Shown here piece by piece: positions 20,582-31,140 of a stretch of DNA of 64,000 nucleotides (positions are counted from its first letter, which is position 1; the number at the start of each line of letters is the position of its first letter). The position numbers and the translations under genes were made by a program. This DNA is from Clostridia bacterium (GTDB lineage: Bacteria; Bacillota; Clostridia; Christensenellales; UBA1242): positions 16,016 through 80,015 of the forward strand of contig JAZNFA010000009.1 of NCBI GenBank assembly GCA_045588915.1, given 5' to 3'. The notes under the pieces are model-generated. The model was given only the letters and a program-made list of their open reading frames with translations. It had not been told where the DNA came from and did no database searches.

Positions 20582-22042
20582 ATGTTATACAACTTGGAAG
20601 CTGAACAATCTGTAATTGCTGCTGTGCTGTTGGACAATAACTGTTTGGAAACTTTTACACGTTTACAACCGTCACATTTTTATACTCCAGCGCACCGTAT
20701 TATTTATAAAGCAATTTGTTATTTGGCGACTAAGAATGTTGCTATCGATTTGGTGACTTTGTCAGAACGTTTGAAATCGACAGGTGAGTTAGATGATGTT
20801 GGTGGTACTGAATATTTAGCAAACTTAATCGATATTGTGCCTTCATCAGTTAACTTCCGTCATTATATTGCAATTTTACGTAAGGATGAAACTTTACGCC
20901 GTTTGCAACGTGCAGCTGCTGATATTACTAAATCTTTAACAAAACCAGAAGAAAAACAAAAACACTTTATGGAAGATGCTCAGGCGGCTGTGCAATTTGC
21001 TGAGCGTTTGATTTTTGATATTAGTAAAGAACAAGAGCGTCAGGAATTAACCAAATTATCTAACGATTTGCCGACTGTTTTAAATAATTTCGAATTAGTA
21101 GCGAATAACCCTGCGGCTTTAAGGGGAATTAAGACAGGTTATACTGTGTTGGACAGTATCACGAATGGTTTGCAAAAAGGTTCTTTAATCATTATTGGTG
21201 CACGTCCAAGTGTGGGTAAAACTAGTTTTGCTTTGAATATTGTTTTAAATGCTGCGTTGCATAGTAAAGCAAAGGTTGCTGTTTTCTCTTTGGAAATGGG
21301 AAAAGTAGAACTTGTCAATCGTGCAATTTGTTCGGTCGCTCGGGTTTCGTTATCACGTGCTTTGCACGGTGAATTAACTCCGGAAGAATGGTCACGTTTA
21401 TGGGATGCTAATGCAAAATTACAAAATGCAGATATTTATTTGGATGCTAGCAGTTCAATTACGGCAACAGAAATTTTGCGTAAATGTATGCGTTTGAAAC
21501 GTGAACGTGGTTTGGATTTGGTAATGATTGACTATTTAGGTTTAATGGGTGCGCCTGCAACAGAGACACGTAATGAAAGTCGTCAAGAGCAAGTTGCGGC
21601 GAATAGCCGTATGATGAAAATGATGGCGAAAGAATTAGAGGTGCCAGTCTTAATGTTATCGCAGTTGAATCGTGGTGTAGAAGCTCGTTCTAATAAATCA
21701 GATAGTGAACCAATGTTATCTGACTTACGTGAATCTGGTTCAATTGAGCAAGATGCTGATATGGTTTTATTTATTCACAAACCGAAAACAGAAACACAAA
21801 GTGAACAAAATGCACACAGTCGTGATTATGAAGCGAAAATTATTGTAGCAAAGAACCGTAGTGGTCCGACTCCGTATTTCAAATTACAATTCATTGGTGA
21901 ATTGACAACCTTTATGAATCCAGAAGATGTCAGCAAGAATAATGGAGTCGCTACGGTTGCTGTTCCTCAAACTAAAGTCAAAGCAAATTTACCAGAAATT
22001 GTACCATTACAAGATGCAAGTGACATTAATGATATATTTTAA
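20582..22042 (+). CDS. dnaB: replicative DNA helicase (DnaB family)
   Basis: It has LEAEQSVIAAVL at the N-terminus, the Walker A GARPSVGKTSFALN, and LSQLNR. The start is ATG 20582. Confidence 0.93.
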   Translation: MLYNLEAEQSVIAAVLLDNNCLETFTRLQPSHFYTPAHRIIYKAICYLATKNVAIDLVTLSERLKSTGELDDVGGTEYLANLIDIVPSSVNFRHYIAILRKDETLRRLQRAAADITKSLTKPEEKQKHFMEDAQAAVQFAERLIFDISKEQERQELTKLSNDLPTVLNNFELVANNPAALRGIKTGYTVLDSITNGLQKGSLIIIGARPSVGKTSFALNIVLNAALHSKAKVAVFSLEMGKVELVNRAICSVARVSLSRALHGELTPEEWSRLWDANAKLQNADIYLDASSSITATEILRKCMRLKRERGLDLVMIDYLGLMGAPATETRNESRQEQVAANSRMMKMMAKELEVPVLMLSQLNRGVEARSNKSDSEPMLSDLRESGSIEQDADMVLFIHKPKTETQSEQNAHSRDYEAKIIVAKNRSGPTPYFKLQFIGELTTFMNPEDVSKNNGVATVAVPQTKVKANLPEIVPLQDASDINDIF

Positions 22043-22063
22043 AAAAACACCATTATGGTGTTT

Positions 22064-22423
22064 TTATTTGTCCGAAGAATCGTGATTGTTATTTTTAATG
22101 TATTCATCGGTTAAGTTATCATACGAGTCAGAACGGTGGAGTTCATAGGTGTTATTTTCGTCGGCGTCTGCACCTTGAATTTTTTGTGCAATGTCGGCAA
22201 TGTTCGCGATGTTGCTTTTGCGATTGCTGATGAGTTTACTAATTGCACGAGCCACTGTCGGGTACAACCACAAGATTGCACCCGCAAGCCCGCATAAAAA
22301 ACCTACAATTAACATCCAAATTGGAGTAGCTGGAGTAATTAAAGCTAACAAAAAAAAGATTGCACCAAGTGTAAATAAGGCGCTTTCAATGATAGCTAAT
22401 AATGTTCCTTTCCCCAATTTCAT
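22064..22423 (-). CDS. small membrane protein with an acidic C-terminal tail
   Basis: It is 119 aa with two or three TM segments. The start is coupled to an upstream mini-ORF. Confidence 0.55.
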   Translation of the reverse strand: MKLGKGTLLAIIESALFTLGAIFFLLALITPATPIWMLIVGFLCGLAGAILWLYPTVARAISKLISNRKSNIANIADIAQKIQGADADENNTYELHRSDSYDNLTDEYIKNNNHDSSDK

Positions 22424-22479
22424 AGTCTGTTAATTATTTCGTAGGTTTGCCGCAACCTGGACATCCTTCACATCCCATT
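22420..22479 (-). CDS. 19-aa Cys-rich mini-ORF MGCEGCPGCGKPTEIINRL
   Basis: It is not in the ORF track. AGGAGG (22489-22494, minus strand) sits 9 nt upstream of the ATG. Its TGA overlaps the ATG of the 22423 ORF (ATGA). Confidence 0.45.
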
Positions 22480-22571
22480 GAACAATACCTCCTGTAAATA
22501 TATATTAACAGTAAATAGAAATAGATGCAAATTGTTTACTTGTTTTTTTTTGCAATGTATACTGTATTTAG

Positions 22572-23237
22572 ATGGAAACAAATGCTGTTATTTTCGAAGA
22601 CAATCATTTATTGGTCGTAATTAAACCTCAAAATGTGCCAACAGTGGCAGATAGTTCAAAGGACGAAAGTTTACAAGAATCTTTAAAAGCACAGACAGGT
22701 GGTTTTGTTGGAATTGTGCATCGTTTAGATCGTGTGACTGGTGGTGTGATGGTTTTTGCGAAAACAAGTAAGGCGGCGGCACGTCTCTCTGAACAAATTA
22801 AGGATGGTACGTTTAAGAAAACTTATTATGCTGTGGTGAACGGAATTCCGAAGGAGCGTTCAGCAACTTTGGTCAATTGGTTGGCGAAAGACACTGTGCG
22901 CAATACGGTAGCTGTCGTGCCACAAACAACAACTGGTGCGAAGCGAGCTGAATTAACTTATAAAATTATTGATACGGTAAAGGGTGATGCATTGGTCGCT
23001 GTGGAGTTAGAAACTGGTCGTTCGCATCAAATTCGTGTGCAAATGAAACATATTGGCAATCCGATTGTGGGTGATGCTCGTTATGGTGGTAGTCGCAAAG
23101 GGATTAAGGACATTGCTTTATGGGCTTATCAGTTAGAGTTTAATCATCCAACAACGCACGATCGAATGAAGTTTATTGTAAATCCACCGGAAGATGGTGC
23201 TTGGGCAAATTTTGATTTCAGGAGAAAACGTCAGTGA
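22572..23237 (+). CDS. RluA-family pseudouridine synthase (no S4 domain)
   Basis: It has VHRLDRVTGGVMVFAKT and GRSHQIRVQM. Confidence 0.85.
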   Translation: METNAVIFEDNHLLVVIKPQNVPTVADSSKDESLQESLKAQTGGFVGIVHRLDRVTGGVMVFAKTSKAAARLSEQIKDGTFKKTYYAVVNGIPKERSATLVNWLAKDTVRNTVAVVPQTTTGAKRAELTYKIIDTVKGDALVAVELETGRSHQIRVQMKHIGNPIVGDARYGGSRKGIKDIALWAYQLEFNHPTTHDRMKFIVNPPEDGAWANFDFRRKRQ

Positions 23238-23935
23238 AAATTTTCGCCTTATCGGATTTTCATCTCTCGTTTTCCGTTGATAAACCGATGAATATTTTTG
23301 GGGATCATTGGCAAAATTACGAAGAAGAAATAAAAAAAAATTGGAATGCTGTGGTCGGTCCAGATGACGTTGGAATTATTGCTGGCGATATTTCGTGGGC
23401 AATGCGTATGGAAGAAACGCAAGCTGATTTTGACTTTATTCGTAATTTGAATGGAACTAAAGTAATCATTCGTGGCAATCACGATTATTGGTGGAAGAGT
23501 GTTTCGAAAATTCGCACTTTTGTCGGTGATACAATTAAGGTTTTACAAAATGATAGTGTTACAATTGGTGATACAATTTTTGTGGGGACACGTGGCTGGC
23601 AAACTCCAGAACGTAATCGTGTACAAACAGAGGAAGACAAAAAAATTTATGATCGTGAAGTAATGCGTTTTGAAATGTCTTTACAGAGTGCTGGCGAAAA
23701 GGGTGATAAAAAGTTAGTTGCTATTTTACATTATCCACCATTCAATTGTTTGCGTGATGATTCACCGTTTACAAAGCTGTGTGAAAAATATCACGTTGAT
23801 GCAGTAATTTATGGTCATTTACATGGTAAGGGCGGACGTGGTGACGTAGTCTATACAAAGAATGGCATTAAGTATTATTTAACGAGTACCGATCTATTAC
23901 GTCATCAACCTTTGGAAATCAATTTAGATAAATAG
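23234..23935 (+). CDS. metallophosphoesterase
   Basis: It has the motifs DFH, GDISW, GNHDYWW, HYPP and GHLHG. The GTG start overlaps the previous stop. Confidence 0.8.
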   Translation: MKIFALSDFHLSFSVDKPMNIFGDHWQNYEEEIKKNWNAVVGPDDVGIIAGDISWAMRMEETQADFDFIRNLNGTKVIIRGNHDYWWKSVSKIRTFVGDTIKVLQNDSVTIGDTIFVGTRGWQTPERNRVQTEEDKKIYDREVMRFEMSLQSAGEKGDKKLVAILHYPPFNCLRDDSPFTKLCEKYHVDAVIYGHLHGKGGRGDVVYTKNGIKYYLTSTDLLRHQPLEINLDK

Positions 23936-23971
23936 TTCACTTTTTTGATGCGTCAAACATAAATAGCAATA

Positions 23972-24766
23972 ATGTTACTTGAATTTACAAAAATGCAAGG
24001 TGTAGGTAATGATTATATTTATATTGATGCACGTAATCAAACAATATCTCAACCACAAGCATTAGCGCAACAGCTGAGTAATCGTCATTTTGGAATTGGT
24101 AGTGATGGATTAGTTTTGCTTTTGCCTGCTGTGGCTGGTGCCGATGTGACGATGGCGATGTATAATGCTGATGGTAGTGAAGGTTTGATGTGTGGTAATG
24201 CCGTTCGTTGTGTGGCGCAATGGATGTATGAAAATCAAGAAATAAGTGGTAACGTTGTTCGCATCGCTACTAAGAGTGGAATTAAGGTTGTTCAACGCTT
24301 ACGTGATAATTTTTACAGTGTCAATATGGGAACAGTTAAAGTTGATACTGTGAATTTACAAGGCATTCAAGGGTTAACAACAGTTGACGTGGGAAATCCC
24401 CACGTTGTTTGGTTTCCACAATTTGAAATTCAAAATTATGAGATTAAAAGGTTAGGGCAAAGATTAGAACACAGTCAAGTTTTTCCAAACGGAACGAACG
24501 TTGAGTTTGTACAAGTGATTGGAAAGAATTGGTTAAAGATGAGAGTATGGGAACGGGGAACAGGTGAAACTCTGGGATGTGGTACAGGTGCTTGTGCTGC
24601 CGCTGTTGCCAGTGTGGTACGTGGTTTTTGTAATCGTGAAGAATTGATTCGTGTACAGTTACCGGGTGGTGAATTAGTAGTTGATTATAGTGCCGAATAT
24701 GTGCGCTTGATAGGTCCTACTGTGACGGTTTTTCGTGGTGTAATTGAGGTTCATAATGAAAATTAA
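23972..24766 (+). CDS. dapF: diaminopimelate epimerase
   Basis: It has KMQGVGNDYIYID, the catalytic Cys in MCGNAVRC, and GCGTGACAAA. Confidence 0.92.
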   Translation: MLLEFTKMQGVGNDYIYIDARNQTISQPQALAQQLSNRHFGIGSDGLVLLLPAVAGADVTMAMYNADGSEGLMCGNAVRCVAQWMYENQEISGNVVRIATKSGIKVVQRLRDNFYSVNMGTVKVDTVNLQGIQGLTTVDVGNPHVVWFPQFEIQNYEIKRLGQRLEHSQVFPNGTNVEFVQVIGKNWLKMRVWERGTGETLGCGTGACAAAVASVVRGFCNREELIRVQLPGGELVVDYSAEYVRLIGPTVTVFRGVIEVHNEN

Positions 24767-25943
24767 TCAACATTATTTAGCACTACCAGAAAATTATTTG
24801 TTTAGTAAAGTAGCTGCCAAAACACAGCAATTTCAAAAATTACATCCCACACGGTCGTTAATTAAATTAAGCATTGGTGATGTTTCACGACCGTTACCAG
24901 GGTGTATCGTGAGGGCTTTGCGACAAGCTTGTAGCGAAATGGGACAAGTTAAAACCTTTCGTGGTTATGGACCAGAAATTGGTTATCTCTGGCTGCGTGA
25001 AGCGATTGCTAAGTTTTATTGTGCACAGTATCAAGTAAAAGTAGCGAGTGATGAAATTATCATTAGTGATGGTGCGAAAAGTGATGTAAGTAATATTTTA
25101 GATATTTTTAATGCACAAGTTAAAGTTGCAATGTGTAATCCAGTGTATCCAGTTTATTTGGAAACTAATTTAATGTTAGGACGGCAAGTGCAGTTTTTTG
25201 AAGCTACTGCCGAGAATAATTTTTTGCCTTTACCAAATGATGAAATTCAAGCAGATGTTATTTATTTGTGTAATCCAGCGAATCCAACTGGGGTTTGTTA
25301 TAACCGTGCACAGTTGCAGCAGTGGGTAGATTTTGCACGAGAACATAATGCGATTATATTGTACGATGCAGCTTATGCTTGTTTTATTACAGAACCTGAT
25401 TTACCAAAAAGTATTTATGAAATAAATGGTGCATACGAGTGTGCGATTGAGATTTGTTCATTATCAAAAATGGCTGGGTTTACTGGCGTAAGGTGTGGCT
25501 ATACCATTATTCCCAAACAACTACGTCGGGACGGTGTTAGTCTTAATCAGTTATGGCGTCGTCGTCAATCGACCAAATTTAATGGGGTGAGTTATATTGT
25601 GCAACGAGGTGCTGCGACTGTGTTTACGCCTGTTGGACTAAGTGAAATTCAAAGAAATATTATTTATTATCAACGAAATTTACGTTTGATATGTCATACT
25701 TTGAATAAGTTAAAGTGGCAATTTTTTGGTGGAGTAAATGCGCCTTATGTATGGGTGCGTTGTCCAGAACAAATGAAATCGTGGCAGTTTTTTGATTATT
25801 TATTGAATGACTTAGGAATTGTTTGTACGCCTGGTGTGGGGTTTGGAAGTTGTGGCGAAGGTTATGTGCGATTAACCGGATTTAATACGTACAAAAACAC
25901 ACGGATTGCTTGTCAACGCTTATTGCAACTATTGAAGCGTTAA
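24756..25943 (+). CDS. dapL: LL-diaminopimelate aminotransferase
   Basis: It has the N-terminus NQHYLALPENYLFSKV...IKLSIGDVSRPLP and the PLP Lys in SLSKMAGFTG. A GAGG SD precedes it and the start overlaps the dapF end. Confidence 0.85.
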   Translation: MKINQHYLALPENYLFSKVAAKTQQFQKLHPTRSLIKLSIGDVSRPLPGCIVRALRQACSEMGQVKTFRGYGPEIGYLWLREAIAKFYCAQYQVKVASDEIIISDGAKSDVSNILDIFNAQVKVAMCNPVYPVYLETNLMLGRQVQFFEATAENNFLPLPNDEIQADVIYLCNPANPTGVCYNRAQLQQWVDFAREHNAIILYDAAYACFITEPDLPKSIYEINGAYECAIEICSLSKMAGFTGVRCGYTIIPKQLRRDGVSLNQLWRRRQSTKFNGVSYIVQRGAATVFTPVGLSEIQRNIIYYQRNLRLICHTLNKLKWQFFGGVNAPYVWVRCPEQMKSWQFFDYLLNDLGIVCTPGVGFGSCGEGYVRLTGFNTYKNTRIACQRLLQLLKR

Positions 25944-25965
25944 AGCTAGTGTTGATATGTGATGT

Positions 25966-25990
25966 AACTTGCGCAGTGCAAGTTTTTTTG
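25966..25990 (+). terminator. dapL terminator
   Basis: AACTTGC-loop-GCAAGTT is followed by a T-run. Confidence 0.7.
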
Positions 25991-26009
25991 CTATACTTGT
26001 GGCAGATTT

Positions 26010-26084
26010 GTTCCCTTAGTTCAATGGATAGAACGGAAGCCTCCTAAGCTTCAGATGTGGTTTCGACTACCGCAGGGAACACCA
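26010..26084 (+). tRNA. tRNA-Arg (anticodon CCT), CCA encoded
   Basis: I folded the cloverleaf by hand. The acceptor is GTTCCCT/AGGGAAC, the anticodon arm is GAAGC-CTCCTAA-GCTTC, and the T-loop is TTCGACT. Confidence 0.9.
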
Positions 26085-26103
26085 TATTAACAATAGGAGT
26101 ATA

Positions 26104-27195
26104 ATGTTAATCGATTATTGCGAATTGCAAAAAAAGTTGAAAAATATTCAAGAAAAGAAAACGCCTAAAACTTTTTTAGTAGTACTTGATAAGACCTATA
26201 ACGAAGTGATTATTTCTAAATACTTAGCTTATTTTTTAGATGAAAGAAAGACTAGTCGTACAATTATTGAAAATATTTTAAAGCAAACTTCTTCAAAAAA
26301 TGAATCTGTTGATTTTGTTGAATTATTAGAGTCTGCTAATTTTGAAAGCATAGAAACCGAAATTCATATTTCGCGGAAAGACAGGTTGGATATACTCATC
26401 AAGTATTCCAATTTTTGGATTGTCATCGAAAATAAAATTTATGCTTTTGAGTCAAAAGACAATCAAACGGTGAATTATGAAAAACGAATAAAGAATGCTA
26501 ATACAAATAAATTGCCAGTTAAATTTATTTATCTCAAGCCAGAGTTTAATAAATCTAAACCGTCTAATCCAAAATTTAGAGAGTTTTTATATAAAGATTT
26601 GGTGGGGCTTTTTCAGCAATTAAATAAGAATGATTTGAAAGACCAGGAGAATTATATTTACCTTCAAGATTTTATAAAACATATAAAGGAGTTTTTAATG
26701 AAAGATAATAATTTATTTACGGATGAAAAAACATTGAAATTTTATTTGGATAACAAAAGTAAAATTGATTACATTATCAGTGTTTACAAAGGAGAAACGC
26801 AAAAGATTCGTAATTTTATTGTGGAAAGTATTGTTAGTGAATTTCCTGGTTTCAAAGTATATGTTACAGCTCGTTATATTCAAATCTTTAAAGATCATTG
26901 GGAAAATTACGAGCATAATGGAATTCATTTTGAAATATTAACAAATAAAGATAAAAATTTTGATGAATTACTTAGTGGTAAAATAAAGTTAAACTTTATG
27001 TTACATAATGAAAAAAAGACAAAAGATAAATATTCAAACATAGTCCATAATTCATATATACAAGTCAAAGAATTTACATTTGGAAGTAACGAAGAGGTGC
27101 AAAAATCTGTCAATGAAATTTTAGAACAGCTACATCGTATGATTGATGAGTGTGAAGTAGATATTGATACGAAAATTAGTCAAAAACTGATTTAA
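26104..27195 (+). CDS. PD-(D/E)XK nuclease-family protein
   Basis: RLDILIKYSNFWIVIENKIYAFES fits the D...(D/E)xK core with the IENKI signature. The gene is AT-rich and has an AGGAG SD. Confidence 0.6.
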   Translation: MLIDYCELQKKLKNIQEKKTPKTFLVVLDKTYNEVIISKYLAYFLDERKTSRTIIENILKQTSSKNESVDFVELLESANFESIETEIHISRKDRLDILIKYSNFWIVIENKIYAFESKDNQTVNYEKRIKNANTNKLPVKFIYLKPEFNKSKPSNPKFREFLYKDLVGLFQQLNKNDLKDQENYIYLQDFIKHIKEFLMKDNNLFTDEKTLKFYLDNKSKIDYIISVYKGETQKIRNFIVESIVSEFPGFKVYVTARYIQIFKDHWENYEHNGIHFEILTNKDKNFDELLSGKIKLNFMLHNEKKTKDKYSNIVHNSYIQVKEFTFGSNEEVQKSVNEILEQLHRMIDECEVDIDTKISQKLI

Positions 27196-27211
27196 GGGTA
27201 AATTTTAACTT

Positions 27212-27763
27212 ATGCAAGATATTAAGTTTGAGTTTTATAAAAGTGGTCCGGATGTTTTACTTATTTTGACTGGCGCAGGTGGAACGACAAAAGGCTATGC
27301 TAATAAATACGAAAAAATTGCTAAAGCGGCGATGCAAAAGTTTAATTTATCGGTTGTTGTGGCATCGATACCAAGTAGGGTGTGGTTGCAATCTGAACAA
27401 TGTTTAAGTGAAATAATGAATTTTGTGCATAGTAAAATGTCAAATGTTTATTGTGTTTATGCAATGGGACATTCAATGGGGGCTAATCTTGTGTTATGGC
27501 ATTTTGCAAAGTTTACGGAAATTAAAAAAGTTTTGGCTGTTAATCCTGTTATGACTGTGAATTTGCATTTATTCAATCGGTTACAAAATATTAAAAAGCC
27601 AATGCAAGTCGTTTTTGGAGAAAATGATGAATCGTGTCAGTTTGCCGAAATGTTACCAAAAAATATTAAAGTGGACGTACTTGTCGGTGTTGACCATAAT
27701 TTTACTAAACATTTAGATTTATTTATTCAGTTACCAGAAAAGTATTTGTTTAGTTCAATTTGA
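27212..27763 (+). CDS. small alpha/beta hydrolase
   Basis: It has the GHSMGAN nucleophile elbow (GxSxG) and a late DH (VGVDHNF). Confidence 0.6.
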   Translation: MQDIKFEFYKSGPDVLLILTGAGGTTKGYANKYEKIAKAAMQKFNLSVVVASIPSRVWLQSEQCLSEIMNFVHSKMSNVYCVYAMGHSMGANLVLWHFAKFTEIKKVLAVNPVMTVNLHLFNRLQNIKKPMQVVFGENDESCQFAEMLPKNIKVDVLVGVDHNFTKHLDLFIQLPEKYLFSSI

Positions 27764-27810
27764 AAAATAGTTTGTACTTTGTTTCTTTTTTGGCTACAAT
27801 AAAATAATCT

Positions 27811-28542
27811 ATGCAAGGTAGAGTTCATTCGATTGAAACTTTTGGTGCAGTCGACGGACCAGGAATTCGCTTCGTCGTTTTTTTACAAGGGTGTCCAATG
27901 CGCTGTTTATACTGTCATAATCCTGACACTTGGCAGGTTGATGCTGGGCGTTTGATGACAGTGCAAGAATTATTAGTTGAAATTAAAAAATACAAAAACT
28001 ATTTTGGTGTGGATGGTGGTGTTACTGTTACAGGTGGCGAACCTTTAATGCAAATTGATTTTGTGATTGAGCTTTTCCGTGCTTTGAAGAAATTAAAAAT
28101 TCACACTTGTTTAGATACGTCGGGTGTTTTGTTTTGTAATGAAAAAAATGTGAGAAAAAAATATGATGAATTGATGAAGTATACTGATTTAGTGTTATTA
28201 GATTTAAAACAAATCAATGAACAAAAACATCAAATTTTGACTGGACACATAAATCAAAATATTTTGAATTTTGCACATTATTTAGATGCAAAAAAAATTC
28301 CTGTGTGGGTTCGTTTTGTTTTAGTGCCAACTGTTACAGATGATATAACAGACATTAAAAAATTAAAAGATTTTATAAGTAATTTAAAGAATGTTGTTAA
28401 AATTGAAGTTTTACCGTATCATACTATGGGGGAAAAAAAATACGCTGAATTACAAATTGATTATCGTTTAAAAGGTATTCCAACACCCACCAAAGAACAG
28501 ATTGCGACAGTTGAACAAATATTAAAAGGAGATAACAAATGA
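27811..28542 (+). CDS. pflA: pyruvate formate-lyase activating enzyme
   Basis: It has [15 protein letters not shown] (CxxxCxxC) and [11 protein letters not shown]. Confidence 0.93.
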   Translation: MQGRVHSIETFGAVDGPGIRFVVFLQGCPMRCLYCHNPDTWQVDAGRLMTVQELLVEIKKYKNYFGVDGGVTVTGGEPLMQIDFVIELFRALKKLKIHTCLDTSGVLFCNEKNVRKKYDELMKYTDLVLLDLKQINEQKHQILTGHINQNILNFAHYLDAKKIPVWVRFVLVPTVTDDITDIKKLKDFISNLKNVVKIEVLPYHTMGEKKYAELQIDYRLKGIPTPTKEQIATVEQILKGDNK

Positions 28543-30767
28543 AAGAACAATGGGTAGGTTTCAAGGAAGGAAAATGGACGGAGCAGATTGATGTTCGAGA
28601 TTTTATTTTAAAAAACTATAATCTCTACTTAGGTGATGATACGTTCTTGGAAAAACCAACTACGGCAACTCGTAAATTGATGAAAATAGTAGAGGCGTTG
28701 AATACCGAAGAACGTGCCAAGGGAGGCGTACTTGATGCTGATACCAAAATTGTCTCGACGTTGACTAGTCATGATGCAGGTTATTTAGATAAAAAATCAG
28801 AAAAAATTGTAGGTTTACAAACTGATAAACCTTTCAAACGTGCATTGCATGTTTTTGGTGGAATTCGTTGTTCGGAAAGTGCTTTAACAAGTTATGGTTA
28901 TGAATTAGATAAGGATGTGAAAGACATTTTCACAAAATATCGTAAAACACACAATCAGGGTGTTTTTGATGTTTATACTGAAGAAATGCGTAAAGCGCGT
29001 CATGTTGGAATTATTACTGGTTTGCCGGATGCTTACGGGCGTGGACGTATTATCGGTGATTATCGTCGTGTTGCTTTGTATGGTGTGGACCATTTGATTG
29101 AAGATAAAAAACAATTTTTAAAAAGAGCTACAACTGATTTCAGTGCAGAGGCAATTCGTAATCGTGAAGAAATTGCTGACCAAATCAAGGCATTAAATGA
29201 TTTAAAGACAATGGCACTAAGTTATGGAATTGACATTAGTATTCCTGCAAAAAATGCACAGGAAGCTGTTCAGTTTTTATATTTTGGTTATTTAGGTGCT
29301 GTGAAAGACCAAAATGGTGCAGCTATGAGTTTAGGACGTAATACAGCTTTCCTTGATATTTACATTGAACGTGATTTACAAAATGGTACATTGACTGAAC
29401 AAGCTGCGCAAGAGTTAATCGATCAATTCGTAATGAAATTGCGTTTGGTTAAGTTTATGCGTACGCCAGAATACAATAAATTATTTAGTGGAGATCCAAC
29501 TTGGGTAACGGAGTCAATTGGTGGTATTAGTTTAGACGGTAGACCTTTGGTAACCAAGACGGCTTTCCGTATGTTGCATACACTTGATAATTTAGGACAC
29601 GCACCAGAGCCTAATTTAACAATCTTGTGGTCGGAAAAATTGCCACAGAATTTTAAAAATTATTGTGCAAAGATGAGTATTAGAACTTGTGCGATTCAAT
29701 ACGAAAATGATGATTTAATGCGTCCTTATATGGGTGATGATTATGCAATTGCCTGCTGTGTTAGTTCTATGCGTATTGGTAAAGATATGCAATTCTTTGG
29801 TGCAAGGGCTAATTTGGCAAAATGTTTATTGTATGCCATCAATGGTGGTAAAGACGAAAAAACAAAAGACCAAGTATCGCCAAAAATGGAACCAATTACC
29901 AGTGAATATTTGAACTATGGCGAAGTAATGAAAAAGTATGACAAAATGATGGATTGGCTTGTTGAACTTTATGTGAATACTTTGAATTGTATTCATTATA
30001 TGCATGACAAATATTCCTACGAAGCGTTAGAAATGGCTTTACACGATAATGATGTTCATCGTTTCTTCGCAACAGGGATTGCCGGTTTGTCTTGTGCTGT
30101 CGATAGTTTATCAGCAATTAAATATGCTCGTGTAAAGGTGGTACGTGATGAAGCTGGTGATGCGATTGATTATGTCGTAGAAGGTGATTATCCAAAGTAT
30201 GGAAATAATGACAATCGTGTGGATCGTATTGCTGTTGATTTAGTCGATCGTTTTATGCAAAAGGTACGTAAGCATAAAACTTATCGTAATGCAGAACCAA
30301 CGACGAGTATTTTAACAATCACTTCGAATGTTGTTTATGGGAAAAAGACTGGTTCAACCCCAGATGGACGTAAGGCAGGTGAACCTTTAGCACCTGGTGC
30401 TAATCCCATGGCTGGGCGTGACGTTAGTGGTGCTTTGGCTTCGTTGGAGAGTGTTGCGAAAATCAATTATAAGAATGCCCGTGATGGTATTTCAAATACG
30501 TTCTCAATTATACCGGCTTCTTTGGGAAAAGATTTAGAGACGCAAATTGCAAACTTGTGTGGATTGTTGGATGGTTATATGAAAAATAAAGGTCATCATT
30601 TGAACGTAAACGTTTTCGATCGTGAAACTTTAATAGATGCACAAAATCATCCGGAAAAATATCCAAGTTTAACAATTCGTGTTTCTGGTTATGCTGTTAA
30701 TTTTGTTAAATTAACAAAAGAGCAGCAAGATGATGTAATCGCACGTACAATCCACGAAAGAATTTAA
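28539..30767 (+). CDS. pflB: formate C-acetyltransferase (pyruvate formate-lyase)
   Basis: It has the glycyl-radical motif RVSGYAVNF and the active-site IACCVS. It is 742 aa. Confidence 0.95.
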   Translation: MKEQWVGFKEGKWTEQIDVRDFILKNYNLYLGDDTFLEKPTTATRKLMKIVEALNTEERAKGGVLDADTKIVSTLTSHDAGYLDKKSEKIVGLQTDKPFKRALHVFGGIRCSESALTSYGYELDKDVKDIFTKYRKTHNQGVFDVYTEEMRKARHVGIITGLPDAYGRGRIIGDYRRVALYGVDHLIEDKKQFLKRATTDFSAEAIRNREEIADQIKALNDLKTMALSYGIDISIPAKNAQEAVQFLYFGYLGAVKDQNGAAMSLGRNTAFLDIYIERDLQNGTLTEQAAQELIDQFVMKLRLVKFMRTPEYNKLFSGDPTWVTESIGGISLDGRPLVTKTAFRMLHTLDNLGHAPEPNLTILWSEKLPQNFKNYCAKMSIRTCAIQYENDDLMRPYMGDDYAIACCVSSMRIGKDMQFFGARANLAKCLLYAINGGKDEKTKDQVSPKMEPITSEYLNYGEVMKKYDKMMDWLVELYVNTLNCIHYMHDKYSYEALEMALHDNDVHRFFATGIAGLSCAVDSLSAIKYARVKVVRDEAGDAIDYVVEGDYPKYGNNDNRVDRIAVDLVDRFMQKVRKHKTYRNAEPTTSILTITSNVVYGKKTGSTPDGRKAGEPLAPGANPMAGRDVSGALASLESVAKINYKNARDGISNTFSIIPASLGKDLETQIANLCGLLDGYMKNKGHHLNVNVFDRETLIDAQNHPEKYPSLTIRVSGYAVNFVKLTKEQQDDVIARTIHERI

Positions 30768-30770
30768 ATT

Positions 30771-31103
30771 ATGAAACACGAAATGAAAATTAAAGCCGTT
30801 TATTTTGAAAAAATAAAAAGCGGCGAAAAAATTTACGAAGTGCGTTTAAATGATGAAAAGCGTCGTTTGCTGAAAGTTGGTGATGTTTTAATTTTGAAAA
30901 AAGAGCCGGAACAAAAAGAAGAACTACATTTGCAAATAAAGGATTTAATTTATTTTAAATCGTTTAAAGAAATGGTTAATACTTTGCCACTAAATCAAGT
31001 GGGATTTGCTGGAATGTTAAAAGAAGATGTTGTTACAGTTTATCATCAATTTTACACATTTGCAGATGAAGAGAAATTTGGCGTAGTTGCGATTAAAGTG
31101 TGA
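30771..31103 (+). CDS. ASCH-domain protein
   Basis: It is 110 aa, and MKIKAVYFEKIKSGEKIYEVRLNDEKRRLLKVGDVLILK is a PUA-like ASCH pattern. Confidence 0.6.
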   Translation: MKHEMKIKAVYFEKIKSGEKIYEVRLNDEKRRLLKVGDVLILKKEPEQKEELHLQIKDLIYFKSFKEMVNTLPLNQVGFAGMLKEDVVTVYHQFYTFADEEKFGVVAIKV

Positions 31104-31104
31104 T

Positions 31105-31133
31105 TTGACTATGTTTTTATAAACAATTATAAT
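31105..31133 (+). promoter_or_regulatory. promoter abutting the radical SAM gene
   Basis: The layout is TTGACT-17 nt-TATAAT, then 7 nt to the ATG at 31141 with no SD. Confidence 0.6.
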
Positions 31134-31140
31134 TTTTCTA

